A stretch of DNA of 64,000 nt from an uncultured Alphaproteobacteria bacterium (lineage in GTDB: Bacteria; Pseudomonadota; Alphaproteobacteria; CAVTAV01): the NCBI GenBank assembly GCA_963821875.1, contig CAWGFE010000002.1, positions 3,014,021-3,078,020 on the forward strand. Direction: 5' to 3'. The translations under genes and the position numbers were made by a program. Below the pieces are notes generated by a model, which did no database searches, was not told the DNA's origin, and worked only from the letters and a program-made list of their open reading frames with translations. This document shows positions 20,057-30,350 of this stretch, one piece after another; the stretch's first letter is position 1, and the number at the start of each line of letters is the position of its first letter.

Positions 20057-20866
20057 CTACGGCGAAACACCGCATTCCGGCAATAACGCTCCCCCGTCAA
20101 CGATCAATGTCTGGCCGGTGACGTATGACGCGGCATCGGATGCGAGGAAAGCCATAGCGAACGCTATGTCTTTGGGACTCCCCAATCTTTTCATGGGGAT
20201 TCGGCTCGCCAGTTTTTCCGCATGCGCCCGATCACCCAAATTGTCGGCCGCGGAGGTTTCGATCATTCCGGGTTCAACGCCATTCACCGTCACATTATAT
20301 TTCGCCAGTTCGAGCGCCGCCGCGCGAATGAACCCGTTTATCCCAGCCTTCGACGCGGCATAATGCGCGAGGCCCGGATAAGCCACCCTTGCTCCCGTGA
20401 CGGACGATGTCACTAACACGCGCCCTTTCCCTTGACGCTTGAAGCAGGGTAACGCGGCCTGAGTAAGCCAAAATGCCGCCTTGAGATTCACAGAAAGAGT
20501 CCGAGCAAGTATCCCGTCGTCAATGTCCTCAAATGCCGTTAACGGAAAATACGCTGCATTGTGAACAACGACATCGATTCTACCAAACCGGCCATACACG
20601 TCATCAACCAGAGCAGACACGCGCCGTTCGTCCGACACATCGATCTCGAAAAAATGCGCCCGGCCTTTCGCCGAACGAATCTCTTCTGCCGCTGACAACC
20701 CGCTTTCAACCGCCAAATCGGCAATAACGACCTCGGCTTCATGTGCTGCAAATACGCCCGCAATTGCCTTGCCGATCCCCTGCCCTGCGCCGGTTACGAC
20801 ACATACTTGACCGGCAAAATCGAACGGAAGTCGATAATCCCCCGTAGGTGACACACTTTCCGACAT
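20057..20866 (-). CDS. SDR-family oxidoreductase
   Basis: TGAGQGIG Rossmann motif, NAA, and YxxxK (YAASK). The start MSESV sits 4 nt after the upstream SDR stop; the track ORF extends to 20935. Confidence 0.8.
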   Translation of the reverse strand: MSESVSPTGDYRLPFDFAGQVCVVTGAGQGIGKAIAGVFAAHEAEVVIADLAVESGLSAAEEIRSAKGRAHFFEIDVSDERRVSALVDDVYGRFGRIDVVVHNAAYFPLTAFEDIDDGILARTLSVNLKAAFWLTQAALPCFKRQGKGRVLVTSSVTGARVAYPGLAHYAASKAGINGFIRAAALELAKYNVTVNGVEPGMIETSAADNLGDRAHAEKLASRIPMKRLGSPKDIAFAMAFLASDAASYVTGQTLIVDGGALLPECGVSP

Positions 20867-20870
20867 GAGC

Positions 20871-21653
20871 TCAGATCGCCGAGAAAGCAAGCGTCGGAAC
20901 ATCCACGATCGTCGAGCCCGCGTCCGCGACCACAACGGCGCCTGTAACGATTGACGCGTCCTCGGAAATCAAAAACCGGCAGACCGCCGCTATCTCCTCG
21001 CTAGACGCAGCACGGCGCAATGGAACGTCACGCGTCACTAACTCGTAGGCCTGTTCCAGGGAGATGTTGTGATTCTGCATCAGCGGCTCCATCTCTTCGT
21101 CAGCCATCGGCGTCTTCACCCAGCCCGGACAAACGGCATTGACGCGTACACCTGACGGACCAAAATCGCGCGCGAGAGAACGGGTAAGTCCGATCAAAGC
21201 ATGCTTTGCGGTCGTATAACCACAAACCTCAGGGCCTGCTCCGAGTGACGCGATCGAGGCTACTAAAACGGCTGCTCCCCGTCTTTCTATCAGACAAGGC
21301 AGTGTCTCCCGAGCAGCAACGAATGCCGTGTTGAGATTTGCGTCCAGAGAAAGACGCCACTCCGCATCTCCCGTCGCCAACGCGTCGCCAAGACCATGGC
21401 CGCCTGCGCTAGCAATCAGAAAATCGATGCCGCCAAAACGGTCCTTGAGCTGCGATACTGCCTTCTTCATCTCCGACGTATCGGACGCATCGCCAACCAA
21501 TACTGCGCCATCAATATCTTTTGCCACATTCTCGAGCGGTTGTCTTCGTCGGCCCATTACCGCAACCTTGACACCTTCCGAGGCCAGGCGACGGGCACAT
21601 GCTGCACCGATTCCGGTCCCACCGCCGGTTATCAACGCGACCTTGCCCTTCAT
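20871..21653 (-). CDS. SDR-family oxidoreductase
   Basis: TGGGTGIG, SAGG and YTTAK motifs. 260 aa. Confidence 0.85.
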   Translation of the reverse strand: MKGKVALITGGGTGIGAACARRLASEGVKVAVMGRRRQPLENVAKDIDGAVLVGDASDTSEMKKAVSQLKDRFGGIDFLIASAGGHGLGDALATGDAEWRLSLDANLNTAFVAARETLPCLIERRGAAVLVASIASLGAGPEVCGYTTAKHALIGLTRSLARDFGPSGVRVNAVCPGWVKTPMADEEMEPLMQNHNISLEQAYELVTRDVPLRRAASSEEIAAVCRFLISEDASIVTGAVVVADAGSTIVDVPTLAFSAI

Positions 21654-21740
21654 AGCCGGAACGTTCCGCAGGCTAGGTCAGACGTGCGTAGCACCAGCTT
21701 GACTGACAGGTCCCCGGACCGAGCGGAAGGTCTTTCATCG

Positions 21741-22586
21741 TCATTCATGGCGCTCGCCTCCCCGTTCGTGCGACGTAACATTCAGAATCCGCGCCTTCGC
21801 GCCTATTGGAAAATTGGTTACACGTCCAAAATCGTCGCCTTCGTAACCAAACAGTTTCCCGGTCGTCTTCATCGCATCCAAACTCAGCACGACAACGCCT
21901 AGTGTCGGCACAATCTTCTCTCGCCAGACGAACAAGTACATCTTGTTGCCAAGCTTGTAGTAATGGCACCTGTCCGTGTCAGCGAGCCCCCTCTCTGCAC
22001 CGGACAAGCAATGCCACGTATAGAAAGAATCATTTAGGTAGATGTGTTCGTATCGCTCGGTCGGACTGTAAATATACTCGATACGGTGACCGACAAGATC
22101 CACAGTCGTTTTATGACGCGGTGTGATGTCTGTAAGCGCTTCGTCGACAGCTCCATGAACGAAGTCCACGGCGACGCCCGTCAGTTCCTTCCCGCTACGC
22201 CTCCGTTCGGGCAGGGACATCAACGCCTCCGTCTCGCTCGGCAAACGACCGATTACGGACGTGAATATCTTCTGCTCCAGGTCTAGGAACAGACTGATCG
22301 TCATCGTTCTTTCTGTTTGGCTGACGAAGTCTATAAAGTACTTGCCGGGCTGCATCGTCGTGGCGCGGTAGCTTTCCGGCGGTTTTCTCTCACCGAGACC
22401 CGATCGAACCAGGCGGTCTTCCGTTTCGAAGGCGAACCGCTCTATCGAGCTGTCGTCATAATGAAACTCGAAAGATCGACCGGCCAGGTCACTGCTCGGC
22501 GGCAAGAGGTTGACGTCTTTTTCAAAGGCCGCACCAAGTTCTCCAACGCCAATCCAGGGCGAATCACTAACCATACTCTTCCTCAA
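21741..22586 (-). CDS. MoaF-like/hypothetical protein
   Basis: 281-aa ORF with good coding character, upstream of the two SDR genes on the same strand. Similarity to MoaF is from memory only. Confidence 0.35.
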   Translation of the reverse strand: MRKSMVSDSPWIGVGELGAAFEKDVNLLPPSSDLAGRSFEFHYDDSSIERFAFETEDRLVRSGLGERKPPESYRATTMQPGKYFIDFVSQTERTMTISLFLDLEQKIFTSVIGRLPSETEALMSLPERRRSGKELTGVAVDFVHGAVDEALTDITPRHKTTVDLVGHRIEYIYSPTERYEHIYLNDSFYTWHCLSGAERGLADTDRCHYYKLGNKMYLFVWREKIVPTLGVVVLSLDAMKTTGKLFGYEGDDFGRVTNFPIGAKARILNVTSHERGGERHE

Positions 22587-23202
22587 TTTTCGACGCAGAC
22601 AGACGCACTGAACAATCTCGATGACTATACCACCGCTGGTTTAAGGCCGAGCAGGTCGGTGAAATCGAACGGACTGACCAGTGAAGGCCGCGACCAATGC
22701 TGGAGCACGTTTTGAAGTCTTTTTTTTGCGGCGATTAAGGCTTCGCTAAAGACGTCCCCTTTTACCGCGCCGCATTCATAACCGTGTTGACACCAAATGA
22801 ATGCCTTAGCTTAATCCAGCCATGAGCGTTTGGTCGGTCACCGTGAATGGTGGAATGACGATTTCTCCTGCTTGGCACAACTTTGGCACGACGCCACGCG
22901 CAGAAATTCTCATGAAATAGAACATGCGATCAGGGAACTTAAGCGGCCGCTGCCTTGCATTCTTGTTTGGCGCTGCCAAAAAATTGATCGGATTGGACAG
23001 GAAGAGGAGGAGGACGCAGGATTGCGGAGATTCAGTGCAAGGTTCACAAAGTCCCGCCACTTGGCAGCGATAGTCAAGAAAATGGCCATGCCGAACAAGA
23101 TCAGATCGGAAGCCGGCCCGTACCCTTAATCGACTGATAGGCCCTTAATCTTCAGGGTTATAACTACCAGTACAACAGCGCACCACCAGCAAGGACGCAA
23201 AC

Positions 23203-24552
23203 ATGAGCACCGACGCGGCAAATAAGGCAAGCAGTCACTTCTGGCACCCTATGCTGCATCCAAATGAAATGACGCGGCGCAGTCCGATCCGGATCGTTCG
23301 GGGCGACGGATGCTATGTTTACGACGACGAAGGAAAGAGGCTGGTCGACGGCGTGGCCGGTCTTTGGAACGTGAATGTTGGCCATAACCGCCCTGAAATG
23401 AAGCAGGCTATCGCCGAGCAGCTCGACAAGCTCGAATATTTTCAGCTGTTCGACGGCGTATCGCATCCGACCGCCGAGGAACTGGCTCAACGGGTCATAG
23501 AATTGTCGGACGAAGAGGACATGGGCCGCGTCCTGTTTAGTTCAGGAGGGTCGGATGCGGTCGAGACTGCGCTAAAGATCGCTCGTCAGTATTGGAAACT
23601 TGAAGGTCAACAGGACCGGACCAAGTTTATAGCCTTACGGCAAGGCTACCATGGCACGCATTTTGGTTCGGGATCCGTGAACGGCAATACGGCGTTCCGC
23701 CGTAACTATGAGCCCCTGCTGCCGGGATGCTTCCATGTCGAGACCCCTTGGCTCTATCGAAACCCGTTTACCGAAGACCCCGAAGAACTTGCCAAGATCT
23801 GCGCCGACCAGCTTGAGCGGGAGATAATCTTTCAGAGCCCGGACACGGTAGCGGCCTTCATTGCGGAACCCATACAGGGCGCCGGTGGCGTCATCGTCCC
23901 ACCGGCAAGCTATTGGCCTTTGGTTCGGAAGATCTGCGACAAATACGGAGTTTTGCTGATTTCCGACGAGGTTGTGACGGGATTTGGCCGTAGCGGTACG
24001 ATGTTCGGTTGTCGGGCATGGGGCGTCAAACCCGATATCATGTGCCTCGCGAAAGGCATTTCATCTGGCTACATTCCGTTGGGTGCCACGGTCGTCAACA
24101 AACGCATCGAAGACGCCTTCGCCAAAAACCAGGATTTCACAGGCGCAATCATGCACGGATACACCTATGCGGGCCATCCTGTTGCCTGCGCAGCCGCTCT
24201 TGCCTGCCTGAAGATAGTCGTCGACGAGGATCTGCCCGCCAACGCCGCAAAGCAAGGCGCTTACCTTTTAGAGCAACTCAAGCCCTTCGAACAACGATAC
24301 AAAACCGTCGGCGAAGTGCGCGGAAAGGGATTGATGATTGCGCTCGACCTGGTTCAGGACAAGATGACCCGGGAACCCATTGACCCCGAAGGCGGTTATG
24401 CCAACGAAGTCGCCGCCGCTGCAAGGGAGGCGGGCGCTCTGGTTCGACCGGTCGGCACGAAAATCATTCTGTCGCCGCCGCTCGTGTATCAAACCGAGCA
24501 TGTTGACGCTCTCGTCGCCGCATTGGATGCCGGCTTCAGAAAAGTCGACTAA
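23203..24552 (+). CDS. class III (omega) aminotransferase, amine:pyruvate type
   Basis: HFWHP...GLWNVNVGHNRPE, SGGSDAVE, DEVVTGFGRSG and a C-terminal LSPPL block. 449 aa. Confidence 0.9.
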   Translation: MSTDAANKASSHFWHPMLHPNEMTRRSPIRIVRGDGCYVYDDEGKRLVDGVAGLWNVNVGHNRPEMKQAIAEQLDKLEYFQLFDGVSHPTAEELAQRVIELSDEEDMGRVLFSSGGSDAVETALKIARQYWKLEGQQDRTKFIALRQGYHGTHFGSGSVNGNTAFRRNYEPLLPGCFHVETPWLYRNPFTEDPEELAKICADQLEREIIFQSPDTVAAFIAEPIQGAGGVIVPPASYWPLVRKICDKYGVLLISDEVVTGFGRSGTMFGCRAWGVKPDIMCLAKGISSGYIPLGATVVNKRIEDAFAKNQDFTGAIMHGYTYAGHPVACAAALACLKIVVDEDLPANAAKQGAYLLEQLKPFEQRYKTVGEVRGKGLMIALDLVQDKMTREPIDPEGGYANEVAAAAREAGALVRPVGTKIILSPPLVYQTEHVDALVAALDAGFRKVD

Positions 24553-24603
24553 GCACAGCCCAGCCTCAAGCGGCCGACAGCCAGTTTCGGGATCGCCCCA
24601 AAA

Positions 24604-26064
24604 ATGCTCGGTAAAAACGGAAAGACATCACGCCCAGAACACGGGGTCATAGGATTTCCCACGGCACTTGCCACTGCTGTCGGCCTAATCATGGCCAGCC
24701 CTGTGATCCTTACGGTCACCTCCGGATTTGGGACCGGTGGCAAAACCTTTGCAATCGCGATCGTAATCGCCTTCGTGATGATGCAGGCCCAAGCGATGTC
24801 TTTTGCCGAGGCGGCATCCATCTTGCCTACCACGGGCTCCGTCTATGACTACATCTCATGCGGCCTCGGACGCTTCTGCGCGATCGCGGGCACCATTTCG
24901 GCCTACGTGCTCGTCCATGTATTCGCGGGTACGGCAGAAACAATCCTCAGCGGCATCCTGGCGCTTGTCAATTTCGACACTCTCCACAACGCGCTGGAAA
25001 AGAGCGGGAGTTCCTGGCTGGTAGGTGTCGGGCTCGTTGTCCTGTTCGGATTCGTAAATGCATTCGGGATCAAGGTCTTCAGCAGGGTCGAGATCGTTCT
25101 GACGGCCGGCATGTGGACCACCTTGATGATCTTCGGCATCGTGGGCTTGCTATCGCCCCCCGTGGTCCACCTCCAGGGTTGGTTCGGGTCATCGGAGATT
25201 GGCACAGGCTTGCCCGCTACCCTGTCGCTCGTCGGTATGGCGATGTTCATGTTTGTCGGCTTCGAATTCGTGACGCCGCTTGCCGCAGAACTCAAGAATC
25301 CGGCGCGCCACATACCCAGGGCGATGACGATCGGGCTGTTTGCCGTGGCTGCTTGCATGTTGATCTATGGCAGCGCCATGCGTCATCAAGTCGAAAACGT
25401 TGCGGTTGGAAATGGATCCCATCTCCTGGACACCCCGATGGCGATTCCGACTTTCGCGATGCATGTCATGGGACCGGCCGGAAAAGTATGGCTTGGCATC
25501 GCTTTCCTGTTTGCCGGCGCCGCCACGATCAATACGTTGATGGCCGGTTTGCCGCGCATTATGTATGGCATGGCGATCGACGGATCCCTGCCCAAGATCT
25601 TTGCTTACCTGCATCCGAAGTATAAGACGCCAATCGTAGGAATTGCCGTTTCGGTCTTCATTCCGTGCTTCCACGCGTGGCTGATCAAAGGGGACATCGA
25701 CCGTCTCAACAACCTAGTGCTCGCCGCGGTCTGCGCCTGGGGCGTCGCCTATATCATGGTGAGTTTGTCGGTCATTTCGCTGAGGATCAGGCGTCCCGAT
25801 CTGCCGCGTCTTTATAAAACGCCACTCTTTCCTCTGCCCCAGATCATTTCGATTATCGGGATCGTGATTGCCATCTGGTACATCACGCCAATCGGAACAA
25901 GCGCCTGGCAGGTATACAAGTCGTTCGGCATCATGCTTCTGTTCACCCTCGCCTATGCATTTGTGTGGACGCGCTTTGTAAGACGTGTGCCCATGTTTGA
26001 GCCGGTGCCGGTCGAGAAAATTCTGGAAGAGGAGTTTGGCTCGGACGAAGGACAGCGCTTCTGA
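24604..26064 (+). CDS. APC-family amino acid/amine permease
   Basis: 486 aa with 12 predicted TM helices and APC-like motifs. Confidence 0.85.
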   Translation: MLGKNGKTSRPEHGVIGFPTALATAVGLIMASPVILTVTSGFGTGGKTFAIAIVIAFVMMQAQAMSFAEAASILPTTGSVYDYISCGLGRFCAIAGTISAYVLVHVFAGTAETILSGILALVNFDTLHNALEKSGSSWLVGVGLVVLFGFVNAFGIKVFSRVEIVLTAGMWTTLMIFGIVGLLSPPVVHLQGWFGSSEIGTGLPATLSLVGMAMFMFVGFEFVTPLAAELKNPARHIPRAMTIGLFAVAACMLIYGSAMRHQVENVAVGNGSHLLDTPMAIPTFAMHVMGPAGKVWLGIAFLFAGAATINTLMAGLPRIMYGMAIDGSLPKIFAYLHPKYKTPIVGIAVSVFIPCFHAWLIKGDIDRLNNLVLAAVCAWGVAYIMVSLSVISLRIRRPDLPRLYKTPLFPLPQIISIIGIVIAIWYITPIGTSAWQVYKSFGIMLLFTLAYAFVWTRFVRRVPMFEPVPVEKILEEEFGSDEGQRF

Positions 26065-26132
26065 ATGACGGACCCAATGTCTCAGAATCGGAGTTTTTCT
26101 GCATCGCTTTGTCCTGAGCCTGTCGCACTGTC

Positions 26133-26510
26133 ATGAGCCTTTATTACGTTCAGAAATTGCTCTATCGCCTCAACCGCAACGAGTTGACGCGAAAGCGCTT
26201 CGAGACCGAGCGTGAGAATCTGCTAGCGGAGTGCGAACTGACCGACGAAGAGCGCGAGGCGATCCTGAAACCGGATATAGGCTTGCTCTATGTCCTTGGC
26301 GTCAACGGCCAAATCCTGATGCATTATGCGGGCATGTGCCGTTACGAATGGGACGACTATCTCGATGCCATGCGGAAAGGCATTCAGCGCCACGGCCCGG
26401 TTCGGGCGGGTGTCTATGCGATGACAGGCTATCGAGGCGTTGAAGCCCACGATACTGAACTTCGAGAGCGTCGCGACAAGACAAAAGGCCGAGAGGACGA
26501 CCAGAATTGA
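26133..26510 (+). CDS. LigA-like small subunit of an aromatic-ring-opening (LigAB-type) dioxygenase
   Basis: 125 aa. The LN...RKRF..ERE.L..ECELTDEEREAIL..D...L...G pattern resembles protocatechuate 4,5-dioxygenase alpha subunits. Its stop overlaps the next start (ATGA). Confidence 0.5.
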   Translation: MSLYYVQKLLYRLNRNELTRKRFETERENLLAECELTDEEREAILKPDIGLLYVLGVNGQILMHYAGMCRYEWDDYLDAMRKGIQRHGPVRAGVYAMTGYRGVEAHDTELRERRDKTKGREDDQN

Positions 26511-27403
26511 TGACCATGCTCGATCGACTGAAGGGGTCCATTCCACCGCTCATCACTCCCTTCAAGGACGGCGAGGTGGACTATAAGACCTATGAGCGCC
26601 TGGTGGAGCGACAGATCACCGAAGGCTCCCACGGCATTCTGGTCAACGGCACGACCTCGGAACCGGCAACGCTGACGATCGAGGAACGCAACCGGACCTG
26701 CGACGTCGCGCTGGAGATTGCCAAGGGCCGGGTGCCCGTGGTCGTGGCGACGGGCTCGCAGTCCTTTGCCGAGACAAAGGCGCTGACAGATCACGCGGTC
26801 AAGGCCGGCGCCGACGCGCTTCTCATCGTCACGCCCTATTACACGCGGCCACCCCAACGCGGAATCATCCGCTACTATCTGGAACTCACCAAAGGCCATG
26901 ACGTGCCCTGGATGATCTATCACATCCCGGGTCGTGCCGCGGTCGACGTCAAGATCGATACGGTCAAGGAGCTCAAGGATATGTCGCCGACCTTTGTCGG
27001 CATGAAGCACGCCTCAAAGGATCTCGATTTCGTCAGCGACTGTTTTGCGGCAGTGGGCGGCGACTTCAAGATCTTCGTCGGCCTCGAGGACCTGTCCTTC
27101 CCGATGATGGCGGTCGGCGCCTGCGGGCTGATGAACGCCGTCGGCAATCTGCGTCCGGCCGTGCTGTCGGAGCTCTGCCAGGCCGTGTGGGACGGCAAAC
27201 TCGCCCACGCCAAGGCGCTGCATGATCTTCTTTACGAGATCAACAAGGCGGTGTTCTTCGACACCAATCCGATTCCGATGAAATACATGGCCAAGAAGCT
27301 CGGCATCATTGAGCGCAATGAACACCGCCTGCCTATGGTGCCGGCGACGCCGGAGCTTGAGCACCGCCTCGACGGCGTGCTGAAACGGACCGGGTTGCTG
27401 TAG
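26507..27403 (+). CDS. DapA/DHDPS-family class I aldolase
   Basis: LITPF, GILVNGTTSE, the Schiff-base Lys region KHAS and a Y in TPYY. 298 aa. Confidence 0.85.
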   Translation: MMTMLDRLKGSIPPLITPFKDGEVDYKTYERLVERQITEGSHGILVNGTTSEPATLTIEERNRTCDVALEIAKGRVPVVVATGSQSFAETKALTDHAVKAGADALLIVTPYYTRPPQRGIIRYYLELTKGHDVPWMIYHIPGRAAVDVKIDTVKELKDMSPTFVGMKHASKDLDFVSDCFAAVGGDFKIFVGLEDLSFPMMAVGACGLMNAVGNLRPAVLSELCQAVWDGKLAHAKALHDLLYEINKAVFFDTNPIPMKYMAKKLGIIERNEHRLPMVPATPELEHRLDGVLKRTGLL

Positions 27404-27419
27404 AGCATCAGCTCCTTTT

Positions 27420-28241
27420 TCACGCGACGTCCATTGTTGCGACGGTGCAGCCGACGGCGAAGATCGGGATCGGCTCGTAAAACCAGAGTTTGCCCGTCTT
27501 GCCCTCGGTCGCTCCGGCAACCGCGATGAAGGTGCGGATCTCGAAGCCGCCCTGCCCGGCCGTCTTGTAGGTCTCAATGTCGTTATAGGACAGCAGGTCG
27601 TCCTTCCGGTTGTTCAGGAACTTGTCCAGGAAGTCGCGGTCCCATTCCTCGTTGATCTTGCCCGAATCCGGCGTTGCCGGCCAATGCGAGATGCCGCCCG
27701 TACCGATCAGCGCAATCTTTTCCGGCAAGGCATCGGCCGCATGGCGGATCGCCTGGCCGAAGGCATAGGCGCGATGGAGCGGCGTCAACGGGGGACCCTG
27801 GCAATTGATATTGGCCGGGATTACGGCCATGTCATAATTGGGAGTCAGGAAATGGAGCGGCACCATGATGCCGTGATCGAATTTCCATTCCTCCGCATAG
27901 GCCGTGTCGACCTCTTCCATCACGCCTTGAATCAGGCGCCGCGAAAGGTCCTTGTTGCCGGGAATCTGGCGGCGCTCGATCTTCATCCAGTCGGGATCCT
28001 CGATCGGGCCCTCGTAATGATCCGCCATGCCGATCGCGAAGGCCGGCATGTTCTCCATGAAGAAATTGCCGAAATGCTCGGCCGCGATCACCACCAGCGC
28101 CTCCGCGCCCGAGGCCCGGATGGCGTCTCCCATCTCGCGGTAGGCCTTGTAGAACGGCTCGCGGACCGCCGGATCGGCGCGCTCCGCCCGGTTCACGATA
28201 CCCGGGGCGTGACTGCAAACACCCGCGAAAACCAGTGGCAT
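27420..28241 (-). CDS. LigB-type class III extradiol dioxygenase (HpaD-like)
   Basis: MPLVFAGVCSHAPG N-terminus typical of the LigB family. The Met at codon 52 of the track ORF sits 4 nt after the ALDH stop. Confidence 0.8.
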   Translation of the reverse strand: MPLVFAGVCSHAPGIVNRAERADPAVREPFYKAYREMGDAIRASGAEALVVIAAEHFGNFFMENMPAFAIGMADHYEGPIEDPDWMKIERRQIPGNKDLSRRLIQGVMEEVDTAYAEEWKFDHGIMVPLHFLTPNYDMAVIPANINCQGPPLTPLHRAYAFGQAIRHAADALPEKIALIGTGGISHWPATPDSGKINEEWDRDFLDKFLNNRKDDLLSYNDIETYKTAGQGGFEIRTFIAVAGATEGKTGKLWFYEPIPIFAVGCTVATMDVA

Positions 28242-28245
28242 GGCG

Positions 28246-29763
28246 CTACAGTCCCATCTTGGTGATTTTGTGGTTGTCTGTGGCGATGGCGATGTTTTTG
28301 GTTTCCATATAGAAGTCGAAGCTGTAATCGCCGCCGTCGCGGCCGATGCCGGAGGCTTTGACGCCGCCGAAAGGCGCGGGCAGATGGCGGACATTCTCCG
28401 AATTCACCCAGACCATGCCGGCCTCGACGTCATGCGCCACGCGGTGAGCGCGGCCGACATCGCGGGTCCAGATATAGGCCGTGAGGCCGTATTTCACGTC
28501 ATTCGCGATGCGAATGGCGTCTTCCTCGTCCTTGAACGGCACAGCGGTCAGGACCGGGCCGAAGATTTCTTCCTGAGCGATCCGCATACCCGTATTGGCG
28601 CCTGTGAACAGCGTGGGCTCGACGAAGCAGCCTTTGCCGCCTCCCGCCTCCGACGCCTTGCCGCCCGCCGCGATGGTCGCCCCGTCGGAGCGTGCGACAT
28701 CCATGTAAGAGAGCACCTTTTCGAGATGCCTTGGATGGATCAGCGGACCGACTTCGGTCCCCGGATCCAACGGATGGCCGACCTTCAGCTTCTTCACCCG
28801 CTCGGCGAGCCTGGCGGTGAACTCGTCATAGATGGACTCCTGGATCAGCGCGCGGCTCGACGATGTGCAGCGTTCGCCGTTCAGGCTGTAGATCATGAAG
28901 ATGACGGCATCGAGCGCGCGGTCGAGATCGGCATCGTCGAACACGAAGACCGGGTTCTTGCCGCCGAGCTCGAAATGCACGCGCTTCAGGGTCGGACCGC
29001 CCTGCTGCATGATCAGCCCGCCGGTCGCGGATTCGCCGACAAAACCGATCGCCTTGATGTCCGGGTGCTCGGTCAAGGCCTTGCCCGCCGTCTCGCCGAA
29101 GCCGTGCACAACGTTCCAGACGCCCGCCGGCAAGCCCGCCTCCTGGGCGATCTCGGCCAGAATCTGCGCCGTCAGCGGGCTCCATTCCGCCGGTTTGTGG
29201 ACGACCGTGCAGCCCGCTGCCAAGGCCGGGGCGATCTTCCAGGTCGACAGCATGAACGGCGTGTTCCAGGGCGTGATCACGCCCACCGGCCCGATCGGCT
29301 GGCGGATCGTGTAGTTCATCTGGCCGTCGGTCGGCAGCGAGAGGCCATTCGCCGCGGTCGGCGCGCGGTCGGCATAGAAGCGGAAATTGGCCGCGCCGCG
29401 CAGCGCCGCCTTGCTCATAAAGCGGATCGCCTGGCCGGTATCCAGACATTCGGTACAGGCGATCTCCTCGGCGCGCTTCTCGACAGCATCGGCGATCGCA
29501 TGAAGGATCGCCCGGCGCTCCTTGCCCGGCACCTTGCGCCAGCTCCCGAACGCCTCGGCGGCCGCTTTCGCCGCACGGTCGATATCGGCCGGCGTGCCCG
29601 AGGCGACCTTCGCCAAAAGCCGGCCGTCAATCGGCGAGTGCGTCTCGAAAGTCTCGCCGGTTCCCGGATCGGCCTTGCCGCCGATGAGGTGCGGGACCGT
29701 TTCATCTTTGAACCGCCCGACATAGGACTCGGCGGTTTTTACGGCGTCTTCAAGCTTGCTCAT
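28246..29763 (-). CDS. NAD-dependent aldehyde dehydrogenase (hydroxymuconic-semialdehyde dehydrogenase type, HpaE-like)
   Basis: FELGGKNP, an ERCTSSSR catalytic Cys block and GxGxxxG motifs. About 505 aa. Confidence 0.85.
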   Translation of the reverse strand: MSKLEDAVKTAESYVGRFKDETVPHLIGGKADPGTGETFETHSPIDGRLLAKVASGTPADIDRAAKAAAEAFGSWRKVPGKERRAILHAIADAVEKRAEEIACTECLDTGQAIRFMSKAALRGAANFRFYADRAPTAANGLSLPTDGQMNYTIRQPIGPVGVITPWNTPFMLSTWKIAPALAAGCTVVHKPAEWSPLTAQILAEIAQEAGLPAGVWNVVHGFGETAGKALTEHPDIKAIGFVGESATGGLIMQQGGPTLKRVHFELGGKNPVFVFDDADLDRALDAVIFMIYSLNGERCTSSSRALIQESIYDEFTARLAERVKKLKVGHPLDPGTEVGPLIHPRHLEKVLSYMDVARSDGATIAAGGKASEAGGGKGCFVEPTLFTGANTGMRIAQEEIFGPVLTAVPFKDEEDAIRIANDVKYGLTAYIWTRDVGRAHRVAHDVEAGMVWVNSENVRHLPAPFGGVKASGIGRDGGDYSFDFYMETKNIAIATDNHKITKMGL

Positions 29764-30151
29764 TCTGTGCCTCGGCGACAATACGCTCTCTTACGGTGTT
29801 GTGACGGACGGTGAACTGCGTGATCTCGTGAATTTCGACCGTGAGGGCATAGGGCCGCAAGGGCTCGGCGGCATCCAACCCATCGCGGGCGACCGCCAGC
29901 AGAGATTGCGCCAGCGCCCTCAGATCGTTCTTGTCGCGGCCCTCCCGCAGCCGGGCCACGATATGCATGAAGCTGTTGTCGGGATGGCGGTCCGCAATGC
30001 GATAGATCTGGCGCGGGGCGAACCGCGTGCGCAGCGCCGCGATATCCATCAGCCCGCTCGCCAGCGCCGCTTCATGAAGATTATCGGCAAGCAACTCCAA
30101 ATCAACGCCGTCGCTCAGATTATCGGAATATTCGACAATGACATGCGGCAT
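29750..30151 (-). CDS. 5-carboxymethyl-2-hydroxymuconate isomerase-like (HpaF/CHMI family)
   Basis: Begins MPHVIVEYSDNL, the hallmark CHMI N-terminus with catalytic Pro1. 133 aa. Overlaps the ALDH start. Confidence 0.75.
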   Translation of the reverse strand: MPHVIVEYSDNLSDGVDLELLADNLHEAALASGLMDIAALRTRFAPRQIYRIADRHPDNSFMHIVARLREGRDKNDLRALAQSLLAVARDGLDAAEPLRPYALTVEIHEITQFTVRHNTVRERIVAEAQNEQA

Positions 30152-30350
30152 CGCTCCGTCTCTGCCTCCCCTTCCACCGAAGAGCGGTTCAAACTCGGGT
30201 GCGCTTCAATGATTTTTTCGCGCTCGCAAGACATTGCCCAAACGACCTTTTCTTCAAGCTTGAGGTCGATCGGCGTTTCGAACGAACTGTAAGTATGTGA
30301 GGGCCAGGCCATCCGGCCTGACCCTCATCGCGAGACTTTGTTTTACGTGA

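Noticed and set aside
28240-29814. 524-aa plus-strand ORF
   Set aside because: Antisense to the well-supported ALDH gene. Arg/Asp-rich composition typical of a GC-rich antisense frame.
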